The translations under genes were made by a program, and so were the position numbers. Below are positions 1 to 14,269 of a stretch of 64,000 nt of DNA, one piece after another (position 1 is the first letter of the stretch; the number at the start of each line of letters is the position of its first letter). The notes below the pieces were generated by a model that did no database searches, had not been told where the DNA came from, and saw only the letters and a list, made by a program, of their open reading frames with translations. The DNA is from the human T2T-CHM13v2.0 reference genome, Homo sapiens. The stretch lies in the NCBI RefSeq assembly GCF_009914755.1, contig NC_060941.1. One strand, 5' to 3'.

Positions 1-252
1 AGGTGGATCGCCTGAGGTCAGGTTCGAGACCAGCTGACCAACATGCAGAAACCCCGTCTCTACTAAAAATACAAAATTAGCTGGGTGTGGTGGTGCATGC
101 CTCTAATGCCAGCTACTTAGGAGACCGAGGCAGGAGAATCGCTTGAACCCAGGAGGTGGAGGTTGTGGTGAGAAAAGATCGCACCTTTGCTCTCCAGCCT
201 GGGCAACAAAAGCAAAACTCCATCTCAAAAAAAAAAAAAAAAAAAAAAAAAA
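1..252 (+). mobile_element. Alu (AluSp-like), 5' end cut off by the window
   Basis: Alu left-arm end, linker 'tactaaaaatacaaaattag', right arm and A-tail at 227-252. 'ctgaccaacatg..gaaacc' and 'gggcaacaaaagcaaaactcc' suggest AluSp/Sq. Confidence 0.95.
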
Positions 253-1313
253 GATGTATGTGTGAAAACCTGAAGGAAGTGAAGGAACCAGCCATGCAGA
301 TATTCAGCAGAAAAGCATTCCAAAGAAAGGAAATAGCAGTGCAGTCTCTCCACTGTACCATACAGAAAGTGCCGTTTTTGTTTTATTTTATTTTTTACAT
401 GATCCACAATGCCTAACAATGTATCTGGCACAGGTGCTTAGTATGTATTTGTTGAAATAAAAATACTGATATTAATAACGCTTTTCATCTTACTACCTCC
501 TACTTTTACCTCAATTCAAACACTACATACATAAGGAAGTCTTCACCAACCTCTCTCATTTTGTTAGGTCTTTCATTTTATGCACTCAGAGCAGTGCATG
601 TACTTTCCTCACAAACATGTATCATAATTAGAAGTGAATTTGATTTGATGAGTGTTTATCAAACTTTCCTAGACATCTGGTTTTACACATCATGATATCC
701 CTAGTGGCTAGTGCTTGACATATAGCAGATGCCCAATAAATGTCTACTGAACCAATGCATGAAAACAATGTTCTCATGATTTCCTAAATATTTACATCTA
801 GCTTGCATCCAAATTTACACAGAAAATAGAGGCCAGCTGACTGGAATACTTCATCTGCATAGCGTCTACATCTGTACCCATACTCTTTCTTTCATCTTGC
901 AAAAGGGAGCTTCCATCCATAGATGCTTCTATGTTACGACAGCAATGATGATGGCAATGATGATGAGTAAAGTTTATTTGGCACTCACAATGTGCCAGGC
1001 TCTTCTCACTTTTTCAGAAAACTTACATGATTTCTCTTACATAATTATGCACTCTCTTAACTCGATTAGCTTTTAAATATTCCCATTTATCTCTCATTAA
1101 AAATCAAATAAAACCCTCAATTAAGCCCACACATTTTTCAGATATTGCCTTATTTATTTCATCCAAAGTTAAATATCTCAAAATAGTTTAAGGAGCTTAG
1201 AGAGTGATCTCCTACTTCTCCAACCTCAATTCTCTTCAATTTGCATCTATCAGAACTGCTCAGTTTAAGTCGCCAATGGCTTTCATCACATTAAAATAAA
1301 TAGCTATTTTTCT

Positions 1314-2359
<1,046 letters not shown>

Positions 2360-2519
2360 TTACCTCTTCTTTTGCTGAAATGTTTTTCTTACCAGGAGTG
2401 ATGAAAAATGTCTCTGTCCCTGCCTCTGTAACATAAAATTCTTTTAGTTTCCCTCTTGTATCTCAGGTTCCTCGTTCATGGACTGATTTGGACTTACTTA
2501 CCTGGCAATTGAATGTTGA

Positions 2520-2905
2520 AATGCTTCAGGCAGGACTCATTCTCATTGCCTGGAAATTTGCTATTATCTATGTTATTTTTCAAAGATATTTTATCTATGT
2601 CCATATTAACTATTAATATTCATACATGAATGACTCACAAAATTCTATTCTTTATGCAGATTTATCTTCTAAGATTTTAGGCCCATATTTCAAAATGTCT
2701 ACTCAACATCTCATCTCAAATGATTTATGACACCTTAGACTTGACATATCTGAAATCAAACTCAGATTTTTACAATCAAAACTTGGTTTATTCCAAGGAT
2801 TTCTTATATCACTGAATAGTAGCATTATCCATCCAGTTATTCCAGACAGAATCTTGAGAATAATTGCTGAGATATTTGTTATTCTTACAATCATTTCTCA
2901 GTGTC
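2520..2905 (+). mobile_element. L2 relic
   Basis: 'ctactcaacatctc...accttagacttgacatatctgaaatcaaactc' resembles the L2 ORF2 consensus region. Confidence 0.6.
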
Positions 2906-2909
2906 CCTT

Positions 2910-3985
2910 TTTTTCTCAATTTAGAGACTATATTTTTAATACTTTTAAATTCACAGCAAAATTAAGAGTAAGGTACAGAGATTTCCCATTTATCTCCCTG
3001 GCCCACATGGATAGGTTCCATGATTATTAAAATTCCCCTCCAGGGTTGTAAATTTGTTATAGTTGATGGACCTATATTGACACCTCCCTATCACCCAAAG
3101 ACCATAGTTAACATTAGGGTTCACTCTTGGTGTTGTATATTTTATAGGTCTGAAGAAATATGTAATAATATTTATCCACCATTACAGTATCATACAAACT
3201 AGTTCCACTGCCCTAAAAATCCTCTGTGATCCTCTTATGCACCATTTCCTGTCTGGTAATCTCCAGTAACTACTCTACTTTTTATTGTCTCTATAGTTCT
3301 TACTTTTCCAGGATGTCATATGGTTGGCATCATACATGCTGTAACCTTTATAGATTGACTTATTTTATTTAGTAATATGCATTTAAGTTTCCTTTATGTG
3401 TTTTCATGACTTCACAGTTCTTTTCTTTTAGCACTGAATTATTTTTCATTGTCTGGATATGCCACAGATTATTTCTCTATTCACCCACTGAAGGACATCT
3501 TGGTTACTTCCAATATGTGGTAATTATAAATAAAAATGCTATAAACATTCATTTACAGGCTTTTGAGTGGACATAAGTTTTCAACTCTTTTGAGTAAATA
3601 ACAAAGCGACGGGTTGTTGGATCATAGGGTAAGAGTATATTTAGTTTTGTAAGAAACAGACAAAATGTCTCCCAAAGTGGCTGTTCCTTTGCATCCGTGC
3701 TAGCAGTGAATGAGAGTTCCTGTTGCTCCACATCCTCACCAGCATTTGATGCTGTATGTGTTCTAGATTTTAGCCATTCTAATAGGTCTGCAGTGGCATC
3801 TCATTGTTGTTTGAATTTGCATTTTCCTTATGACACATGATGTGTAACATATTTTCATATGCTTATTTGCCTTCTATATATCTTCTTTGGTCAGGTGTCT
3901 GTTAAGATCACTGGCTCAATTTTTAATTGTTTGTTTTCTTACTGTTGAGTTTTAAGAGTTACCTGTATATTTTGGATAAAAGTCA
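2910..3985 (-). mobile_element. L1MC1/L1MC2-like 3' fragment
   Basis: 'ttcacagcaaaattaagagtaaggtacagagatttccc', 'ggttcactcttggtgttgta' and a degenerate ORF2 C-terminus (ORF 3549-3731, LLPYDP...ELKTYVH). Confidence 0.8.
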
Positions 3986-4396
3986 ATATCACTTTAAAAA
4001 TTCATCTTGAATTTATCTATTTATATCTGTCTATACCAAGGCAATAGTAACTCTTACCTGAAACACTCAAACAGCTTTTAAAGCAGTAAATCTGCACCTA
4101 CACTTGCCTTTCTCCTCCAAAGGGCTCAGCTTCAGAAGATGTTATATTTTGCTATCGAAACACATTAGTGATTTTCCACTGCATTTTAGCATAAAGGCAA
4201 ATTTCCTTAATGAGACCAAGGAGGGTTGCAGTCTGAGTTCTACATTTTAGTCTAGTTTCATTCCATAACCCACATTCTGTCTGAATTTCTTTTTACCATG
4301 TCGGCCTTCTTTCATGTTCATTGATCTTTACTCTGCCTCTGAGCCTTTGTACAGGCATTTCTAAATGCATGAAGTATTTGTTCACAATTTTCACTG

Positions 4397-4910
4397 TGGT
4401 AGATACTTACATGGTGGTCATTCATAAACCATGCTGCTGAAACTCACATCAGTTTGTAGCCCTTTCCTACACTGATTCTGGGTGTAACTTGCTTTGACAA
4501 ATGGAATATTAGCAAGCTAAGGCTGATACTTTCTTGTATATTAGAGCATGCAGTATTTGCACCCTTTTTGAGGTACATAGCACCATGCTGTAAGGAAGCA
4601 TTGGCTAGGTTACTGAATAGTAGGGACACCACATGAACAGAGAGATCATAAGGAAGAGCACTAATTCATGAAACTCATGAGTGAAGGCTTCTTGGACCAT
4701 CTAACCAAAATAGCACTGCCAGCTAAATGCAGTTTATTTTCTCCAATCAATATTACATGAAAACATAACAAACTTTATAGCCATGTTTCTGGACACACAT
4801 AATCACGAAAAATAGTTTCTTATTATTTCAAATTACCAGGGCTTTAAAAAAATTGTTGTTCTGTTGTTCATGTGGAAAGTGTGTGTTTGTTACACAGCAA
4901 TAGACAATAT
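4397..4910 (+). mobile_element. Old MaLR LTR (MLT1H/J-like)
   Basis: 'gtaacttgctttgacaaatggaatattagcaa' and the terminal motif 'tgttacacagcaatagacaat'. Confidence 0.6.
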
Positions 4911-4984
4911 TCACCTAGTAAACAAATACTTATATTTTATAGCAAAATCTAATCAGGGAAGAAGATTCCTTGAGTTAACAGATC

Positions 4985-5355
4985 ACTAAATATAATAATA
5001 ATATATAATAATTATAATTATCAAATAATATATTAGACTATATTATACTAATATTAATATAATATACAACACATAACATAATTATACATAATATAATTAT
5101 TATATAGAATTATATATAATATAATAAATGTAATATTCAAATGCATAATACTAATATATATTATAATATATACTGTATATATTACATATATTATTATAAT
5201 ATTCCTGATAATATATGTTATACATTATATATTAATATTGCAATATAGATTAATATAAGTAATATATCACATATGTAATTACATATTTAACATATTCAAT
5301 TGCATATGTAACACATGTAATTATAATATAATATATAATATAATAACAACAATAA
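4985..5355. repeat. Very AT-rich low-complexity tract (TA/TAA patchwork)
   Basis: Visible directly. Almost no G or C; recurring atattatata and taatata units. Confidence 0.9.
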
Positions 5356-5359
5356 TACT

Positions 5360-5520
5360 CAGTACTAATTCAGTATTTACTATGTACATGGCAATATTCT
5401 AAGTACTCCCCATACATTACCCTACTTAATCTTTGAAGCAGTGCCATATGATGGGTACTAACATCAGCCCCATTTTACAGATAAGGAAAGCCGAAGCACA
5501 GAGGTAAATGTTAGTTACCT
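5360..5520 (-). mobile_element. MIR
   Basis: MIR core 'ccccattttacagataaggaaagccgaagcacagagg'. Confidence 0.85.
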
Positions 5521-5597
5521 ATTAACTCTTGCTTATAATCTCCATTCCTGTAGCAAATTCCCATTATCACATTATTTATCAAAATTCTAGCTATACA

Positions 5598-6660
5598 TTG
5601 TTGGGGAAGGCAGCTCACACATGCATTCTTTGGACACCCTCTCTGCTGTACAAGAATAGGCTTTGGACCTGGTACACATTCTTACCAAGAAATTGAATCC
5701 TTTCAGCCTGTGTTGGCCTTATCAACTTGCATGATGTATGGTAAATATTTCTGAATTTTCTGTATATTATGATGTTTTGACACCTTAAAAATCCTTTTTC
5801 ACTGAAAGAGATTACCCTTCCCAGATCTACCCAATTCTTAGGTATAAAAGGGCTCAGCCTGGAGTATGTCTTTGATATGCAAACTAACCAAGCCAGAGTC
5901 ATATCTTCTGTATCTGGGCTGTATACCCCAGAAGACAATATTCCTCTGCCTAAATCTTCCAGAGCCAGGTACCAGGTAACTAGAGACCACCCCTACAGAT
6001 GAAAGCCTACCAAAATTATTCAGACTAACCAGTCTTAAACTATTCACCCTGCCCTGCCTTGCCTTTGCCATGGAAATTCCAATAAAGGCAGTAGCCTAAA
6101 CCTTCCCCTTACTCCTGTCTTCTGCCTCTTGTTTGCCCTAGTGTCTTTCCCATGTGGTCCTACATGGAATGCTGTGCCTCATGTCTCTAGGACCCGTGAG
6201 TATAATAGTCCCTTAATTTTATATGCTTCTCCAAGTATAATTTTTACAACATGTTGGAGTTTTACTTAAACACCCCAAAAAAAGTTTCTTCCCCATTTAC
6301 TACACATATCTTTCTATGTTTCAGGCTCAATATGTACTCCTTTGCTCCTGCTTAAGCATGTGTGTCATATGGCACCTGGGCAACCCCACTACTATATCTG
6401 TCCCCTGCGACGAGGGTATGATATTCTTCTGTTGCAGCACAAGAGGTATTCATGCAGGCCAATCACCAAGTGTTGGCTATCAGAGGAACCTGCTGGACAG
6501 AGAGGACTGACTCCTGCTACGAAAGCTGAAGCTACTCTGCCTCTTTATGAGTAAAGGGTGGTTTCATCCAGTACTTGACTGTTTTTCTCCTCAATGATTC
6601 TGGTATCAAGATGCAGTGGGCAAAAGTGCTCAGACTCCTACTCCTGATAATAGTTAACAG
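5598..6660 (+). mobile_element. ERVL-type LTR (MER54/MER73/MER74 group), split by a second LTR
   Basis: Begins 'tgttggggaaggcag'. The 3' part at ~6310-6660 has 'agtaaag' and 'aagatgcagtgggcaaaagtgctcagactcctactcctgataatagttaaca'. Confidence 0.5.
5735..6215 (+). mobile_element. ERV1-type LTR (MER31/MER67-like)
   Basis: 'ccaattcttag...gatatgcaaactaaccaagccagag', 'gccaggtaccaggtaactagagac' and AATAAA at 6081. Confidence 0.6.
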
Positions 6661-6806
6661 ATGTCACTTGCTCGACGTACATGTAATTGTATGATTATTC
6701 AATTAATTTTAATTTCTCCCAATATACCAAAAAATCAAGGAGGAAATAGGTCATGACTATTTTTCACTGCATTTTATCACCAATACCTATTTATGCTAGA
6801 TTATAA

Positions 6807-7102
6807 TTTTTTTTTTTGAGACAGAGTCTCATTCTGTCACCCAGACTGGAGTGCAGTGGCGCGATCTTGGCTCACCGCAAGCCCCGTCTCCTGGGTCACG
6901 CCATTCTGCTGCCTCAGTCTCCCGAGTAGCTGGGACTACAGGCACCAGCCACCGCGCCCGGCTAATTTTTTGTTTGTTTGTTTTTAGTAGAGACGGGTTT
7001 CACCGTGTTAGCCAGGATGGTGTCGATCTCCTGACCTCGTGATCCACCTGCCTCGGCCTCCCAAAGCGCTGGGATTACAGGCGTGAGCCACGGCACCCGG
7101 CC
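6807..7102 (-). mobile_element. AluY
   Basis: Full dimer with the AluY-type 'caccgtgttagccaggatgg..gatctcctgacctcgtgatcc'. Confidence 0.95.
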
Positions 7103-7440
7103 CAGAAAAGATTTTAAAATGGGTAAAAATGTATATAGAAATAAGCTAATGATACTATGGCTGCCCTTGCAACATTTCATTATCTTGACAAAGTGCTTGG
7201 TTTTAGTAGTAATTGGGTATCAAAAATGAATCCATGTAACTGCACAGGGGTACACTGGAACCAACACCTGTGTATGAAGATGGGACCCATGAATATTTAA
7301 AAAGATATATATTAGAAATATCTACCTGACAGCAAAGAGATACATGAGGAAATTTGACTGTCTCAGCCTGGCTGTCCATAGTAAAAATATGTCACTTGTA
7401 AATCTAAGTCACATCCCTGCTCTTACCTAGATTTGTGAGA

Positions 7441-8716
7441 TTTTTCTAAATTTTTAAATTAAAATGATGGGTACATAGCAGGTATACATATTTATGGGGT
7501 ACTTTATGGGGTACATGAGATACTTTGATACAGACATGCAATGCAGAGTAATCACATCATGTTAAGGGGGTACCCATCTCCTAATGCATTTATCCTTGGA
7601 TTGTGTGATCAACAATCCAATTATATTATTTTAATTATTTTTAAATATACACTTAGATTATTATTGAAAGTTGTACTAAAAAATACTAGGTCTTATTCAT
7701 TCGTTCTAACTACTTTTGTACCCATTAATCATTTCCACTTCTCCAGTAACCAACACCCTACCCTTCCCAGCCTCTAATAACCATCCTTCTACTTTCTATA
7801 AGTTCAATTGTTTTAATTTTTGGCACCTGCAAATCATGAGAACATGGGCAGTTTGTCTTTCTGTATCTGGTTTATTTTACTTAACAGAATGACCTCCAGT
7901 TTCATCCATGTTGTCACAAATGACAGGATCTCAGTTTTTCTTATGAATCAATATTACTCCATTATGTATATGAACCAGTTTCTTTATCCACTTATCTGTT
8001 GGTGGACACATAGGTTTTTTACAAATCTTGGTTATTGTGAATAGTGCTGCAATAAACATGGGAGTGCATATATCTCTTCCATCTACTATTTTCCTTTCTT
8101 TTGGGTATATGCTTGGCAATGAGATTGCTGGATCTTACGGTAGCTCTATTTTTAGCTTTTTGGGGAACCTTTAAACTCTTCACCATAGTGATTATACTAA
8201 TTTATATTCCCACCAATAGTGTACAGGGGTTCCCTTTTCTCCATATCCTCTCCAGCATTTGTTATTGCCGATATTTTGGATAAAAGCCACTTTAACTGGG
8301 GTAAGATAATATCTTATTATAACTTTGATTTGGATTTTTCTGATGACCAACAATTTTGAGCATTTTTATATACTTATTTGCCATTTGTATGTGTTTTTTT
8401 GAGAAGTGTCTTATTAAGGTCATTTGACCATTTTTTAATCAGATTTTTAGATATTTTACTATAGAGTTGTTTGAGCTTCTTATATATTCTGGCTATTAAT
8501 CCCTTGTCAGAGAGTTATTTTACCAATATATTCTCCTATTCTATGGCTCAACTCTTCACTTTATTGATTGTTTCCTTTGCTGTGCAGAAGCTTTCTATCT
8601 TGATGCGATCCCATTTGTTCATTTTTTGGTTTGGTTGCCTGTGCTTGTGGAGTATTACTTAATAAATCTTTGCCCACACCAATGTCCTGAAGAGTTTTTC
8701 CAATTTTTTCTTGTAG
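7441..8716 (-). mobile_element. L1MA1-3-like, 3' non-inverted part of a 5'-inverted element
   Basis: 3'UTR 'gggtacatagcaggtatacatatttatggggtac...' and ORF2 C-terminus (ORF 7931-8119, DICTPMFIAALFTI). Confidence 0.9.
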
Positions 8717-10893
8717 AGCAATTTTGGAAAATATACTAACACATAGAAATTACAGAATATACTTTTGATTGACCAATGAGTCTGTGAAGAAATTAAGAAA
8801 GAAACTTTAAAAAGGTCAAATGAAACAAATGATAATGGGAATACAACATAGGAAAACCAATGTGATAATGTGAAAGCAGTACTAAGAGGGGAATTTATAG
8901 CTATAACTCCCTGTGTCAAAAAAGAAGAATAGCATCAAATGAATTGCCCACTGATGCACCTTAAAGAATTAGAAAAGGAAGAGCAAACAAAATCCAAAAT
9001 TAGTAGAATAAAAGAAACAATAAAGATTAGAGCACAAATAAATGAATTTGAAATGAAGAAAACATATGAAAGATCAGATAAATGAAAAGTTGGTTTTTTG
9101 AAAAGATAAAAAAAATTGGCAAACTTTTAGCCAGGCTAGTAGCTAAGAAAAACAGAGAGAAGTCCCAAATAAATAAAACTAGAGATGAAAAAGGAGACAT
9201 TACAAGTAATACTACAGAAATTAAAAGGATCATTAATGACCACTCTGAGCAAATGTATGGCAATACACTGGAAAATCTAGAGGAAATGAATAAGTCCCTA
9301 CATACATACAACTTACTAAGATTGAACTAGAAATAAATCCAAAACCCAAACTAACAAATAACAAATAATTAGATCAAAGACATAAGAAAAAGTATCTCAA
9401 TAAAGAAAATACCTTACTGCTGAATTCTACAAAACATTTAAAGAAGAAATAATACCAATACTACTCGAACTATTCCAAAAAACAGAGGAGGAAGGAGTAA
9501 TTCTAAACTCATTCTATGAGGCTAGTATTACCAAAAACCAGAAAAAGGAAAAACCAAACAAAGGTATATTATAAAAAGAAAACAACAGGCCAACACCCTT
9601 GATTAATAATAATGCAAAAATCCTGAACAAGATGCTACCAAACCGAATTCAACAACACATTGGAAAGATCATTCATTATCACTAATTGGGATTTATCCTA
9701 GTGATGCAAGGATGGTTCAAAATATGCAAACCAATCAATGTGATACATCATATCAACAGAATACAGGACAAAAACCATATGATCATTTCAATTGGTGCTG
9801 AAGAAAACATTGAATAAAATTCAACATTCTTTCATGATGAAAGTCCTCAAAAAACATAATAAAAGCCATATATAATAGACCCACAGTTAGTATCTTACTG
9901 AATAGGACAAGACTGAAAGTCTTTTCTCTAAGATCTTGAACATGACAATGATGCCCACTTTCACCATTGTTATTCAGCGTAGTACTGGAAGCCTTGGCTA
10001 GAGCAATCAGTTGAGAAAGAAAAAAAGGGAATCCAAATGGGAAAGGAAGAAGTCAAATTATCCTTGTTTGAAGATGATATGATATTATATTTGCAAAAAC
10101 CTAAAGATTCTACCAAAAAAACTATCAAAACTGATAAACATATTAGGAAAGTTACAGGATACAAAATCACCATTCAAAACTCAGTAACATTTCTATATGT
10201 CCACACTGAACAATCTAAAAAAGAAATTAAAAATGTAGTCTCATTTACAGTAGCCACAAATAAATACCTATGAGTTAACTTAAGCAAAGAAGTGAAAGAT
10301 CTCTATAATGAAGCACATAAAACACCGATGAAATAAATTGAAGATTCATAAAATTGGAAAGATACCCCACGTTCATGGATTAGAAGGATTAACATTGTTA
10401 AAATGTCCATGCTACCCAAAGCAATCTACAGATTCAATGCAATCCTTATCAAATTCCAATGACCTTCTTCACAGAAATAGAAAAAACAAAACCCTAAAAT
10501 TTATCTGGAACCACAAAAGATACAGAAGAGCCAAAGCTCTCCTAAACCAAAATAATAAATCTGGAGGAATCACTTTACCTGACTTCAAATTATACTACAA
10601 AGCTATAGTAACCAAAGCACCATGGTACTGGCATAAAAGACAGACATATAAGCCAATGGAACAGAATCCAGAATCCAGAAACTAATTCATACATCTATGA
10701 TGAACTCTTTTTCAAGAAGATGACAAGAACAGACATTGGGGAATCGACAGTCTTTTCAATAAACGGTGCTGGGAAAACTGTATGTCCATATACAGAAGAA
10801 TGAAACTAGACCCCTACCTCTCTCCATATACAAAATTCAAATCCATATGGATTAAAGACTTAAATCTAAGATCTCAAACTATGAAACTACTAC
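8717..10893 (+). mobile_element. L1MA ORF2 segment, inverted 5' part of the same element
   Basis: ORFs 9082-9330 (KSWFFEKI..KIGKLLARL), 10037-10273 (EEVKLSLFEDDMILY, degenerate FADD motif), 10338-10685 and 10782-11003 (KLDPYLSPYTK...KDLNLR). Confidence 0.92.
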
Positions 10894-11099
10894 TAGAGTT
10901 TGTGTTTTCATGTACTCTCTCTAAAATATCAGGGCATCTCCATACTGAGAAACGGCCACATAGTACTAGCAGTATTACAGTAATAAACACAAATATCCTC
11001 TAAAAGGTCATCTCTCTAACTTATAACTCAAATAGGTTTCCCATAGAAACCATGTGGCTCCCATCTCCAAAGATAAGTTCATAATCAAACATTTAAAAA

Positions 11100-12500
11100 A
11101 AGACATAAATCCTTATAAGTGTCCTCGGAAACAAACAAAAAAAGAGATCCAGAACCATAAAAAATAATTTTGCAATGATTAAAAACATAAAAGGTAATTC
11201 AAAAACATAATTGTAAAATGAGAATAGTCAGGTTTTAGAAAGGAAGTAGATATAAATAAAAATTCTTACCATGAAGGAGATATTCACTGGAATTAAGAAA
11301 TTGTGCCCATTATTCAAAAGCAGATTAGATACAGTGAAAAGAGAATTATTGAACTGAAAGATGAATGTGAAGAAATTATCAAGAATGCTGCACCCAGGGA
11401 AGAAGACATAGAAAATGTAAAAGAAATGCTAAAAGATATAAAGGACAAATTATAAGTCTATTCAGAATTCAGAAGAAAATGTAGAGGGAGTATTTAAAGA
11501 GATAATTGATAAGAATTTTCCATAATTAACTAATGGCATGATTCTTCTGATTGAAGATATACAGTAAACTTAACCAGAATAAATAAAACCACATATAGGC
11601 ATATTAGAGCTAAGCTTAATGACATAGGCAAAATTATCCTACCATCCATTAGAGAAAACAGACTATCTGAAAAAGAAGATAATTTGACTGTTGGGTAATT
11701 TTTCTGGAAGCCAGAAGACGTTGCGATACTATCTTCAAGATACTAAGAGAAAATAACTGTTACGCCACAATTATGTAAGTAGCTACTCCATCATACTGTA
11801 AGATGTTGAGATAAAGACTTTTCCTGGCTAAAATAAAGTGAAAATTTTACTACCAACAGATGTTCATAAACAAATTTTTAAGAAGGTTCTCTGAGGAAAC
11901 AAACAAGAAACCAGAGGGGAGCTGAGATGCAATTAGTAAAAAGAGGCAAAGGCATTGATAAATATATAAGTGCATCCAAGCATACACTAATAATATAAAT
12001 ATAATATTGTGAATTTTGTTAATAGGAGAAAAACCAAGGCAGGATGGGAACATTAGACAGCAATAATGTAATCCAGAAAGTGAAGAATCAGGCATACAGT
12101 ATTTTAAGTTCTTTCAATTGTGTCAGGAAAAATAATACATAGACTTTTAATTATGTTTATCAAATTTTTAAGAATTACACTAAAGAGAAATAATGTATAT
12201 ATTCTTGATATCATTAGGTGGGAAACATGAAATTTTACAAAAGTGACTTCTTAAAGAGATAAAAAATAAAAAATAATAGAAAAATTAGGGTTAGTGCAGC
12301 ACAAGATACAAATGATAAAAAACAATTTAAATGTATTAGTTACTGATAAATATAAATAAACTAAGCTCCCTGGCTAAAAGCCAGCACTGATCATATTAAT
12401 AAAAAGCATACTCAATGCCATGCAGCTCATAAAAATATTCTAAAGCATATAGACATAAAAATTTGGAGAAAAAAAGAAAAAGAAAACTGTTCTCAAAAAA
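11100..12500 (+). mobile_element. Ancient L1M (L1ME-type), ORF1 into the start of ORF2
   Basis: A-rich ORF1-like 'agcagattagatacagtgaaaagagaattattgaactgaaagat', then an endonuclease-start-like 'aaatataaataaactaagctccctggctaaaagccag'. Confidence 0.65.
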
Positions 12501-12719
12501 GCGTGAGCAGGCTTTAATGATTCAAGAGTACCTTTTAGTATTTAAGTCCTAGCAACACAGACAAAGGTCAAGGTAAACTTAATTAGGTCTCCACTGTGGC
12601 TTGTATTTGTAGCCTCAAATTTAACAGTGTATATTTTATTCTTGTGTTTATTTTATATAAAATGTTGTATTTTCTACATTGATTTTTTTTTGCTGAGATA
12701 TTATTTGTTTTATTTATAC

Positions 12720-12850
12720 GTTCACTATCTGTCTTACTCCAATAGGGTGGAAGCTCTAAGTGTTCAAATGCTTTTGTCTGTTAATTAACTGTTATATCTC
12801 TGGTGCCCAGAATAATGCCTGACAGAAATTAAGTATTCAACAAATTTGGA
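12720..12850 (+). mobile_element. L2 3' end
   Basis: 'ctgttatatctctggtgcccagaataatgcctgacag...tattcaacaaat'. Confidence 0.7.
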
Positions 12851-13919
12851 TTCATATAGTTGTTGGTAAATCTGAAAACTTGGTTGCCAGTAATAAATCA
12901 TTTCTAAGTGATTAAATGTTTACTATGCAAACTTACTTATACCCAATGTTTGCAACAGGAGTAATTTTTGAATAAGGAACTACTTCTGTTATGGCATTTA
13001 AATAAATGTTGATAAAAGAATGATGGAAGAAAGCCAGTGCAATCTACTTTTAGTTTGCATATTCCCCTGTTATTCTGTGTTAATTATTTGTACAAATACA
13101 GTTTTAAACTCCTACCTAATAGGACATTTTCTGATGAGAAAGAACATCTATTACAAAAGAGAGGAGAGCAGTTGAATCAGAAATACGTGATATAAATGCC
13201 AAAGCTGTTGTGATTTTAATTTGTCTTGATTTTTAGCAAGTGTTACATTGCAAGTGTGTTGCAATTGGCTGACATTTTTCAGACATTTAAAAATTCCGGA
13301 ATATCTAAGATATTTTAGGCAGTTCTAATAAAAATGAAAACCCGACAATAAGCATAACTGATAAAACCTCTTCACAATTTTGGCCCTGCTTTACAATTTA
13401 ATGCACTGACTTGTTCTCAGTCCTGCAGTGCTTAGTATCTCCTGTATACCCTTTGTATGTTCAATTGCAGTGCTAGAATATATTATGAAGACTAAAGCCC
13501 AAATGTAATCTATATTAGGAACTATTCATAACCAAGAGTCCATATCTGCATAAATTAAACTTGAGAACAATGCCATACATATTTTATACATAAGCTGTCT
13601 TTTCTCAACAAAAGTAAACTCGTTAACTCAAAAAATAATTTTGCTTTTGTCATTTTGACCTGCAGGTGAACACATATATGTATAACTAAGTCATAATTTA
13701 GTTATTCATTTTTACCCATTTTCTTGTTTATTATCTTTTTCTCTTATTGGCAAAATCCAGATTATAAAATGTGTTCAATGGCTTTTTGGCCAACTATCTC
13801 ATTTGCACACAGTGACTAGAGAATATTTAAAACTATAACAGCGTGAAGTTTACATCTGCTGTTTGGGCCTAATTAGGTTCCATACTCTTTTACTTTAAGA
13901 AATAGCCACTTGATTTTCT

Positions 13920-14260
13920 GGTGTTGATCCACCTACTCCTACTTGCCGTTTTCACAGTTTGGGAAGGGAGAATGCCACCCTCACGCCATTGGGGTTGACA
14001 CATGACCTAGGCCGGAGCAGTTAGAGAAATAACATCCCTCGTCTACTGTGGTTGACTCAAAAGTCAGCACTTAATCCAAGCTAAGCCAATGAAGCCATTC
14101 TTCAACTTTTGCTAGAAATATTGGGAAGGAAACATTTTGTTTCTACTAAATTACTTATCAAATAGGACATACGACTGTTGGTGATGGCAATCTCTGTAGA
14201 AATCTACCTGAAAATGAAGGCAACAGGAAAGCAGGAGCAAAAGATGGAGAAATACTGGTA
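13920..14260 (+). mobile_element. Old MaLR LTR fragment (MLT1K/L-like)
   Basis: 'cacatgacctaggcc', 'aatccaagctaagccaatgaag' and 'ttttgctagaaatattgggaaggaa'. Confidence 0.5.
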
Positions 14261-14269
14261 TCTGTGGCT

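Noticed and set aside
13123-13195. Protein-looking frame TFSDEKEHLLQKRGEQLNQKYVI after an AG
   Set aside because: The acceptor is weak, the donor is poor, there is an in-frame stop and I recognise no homology.
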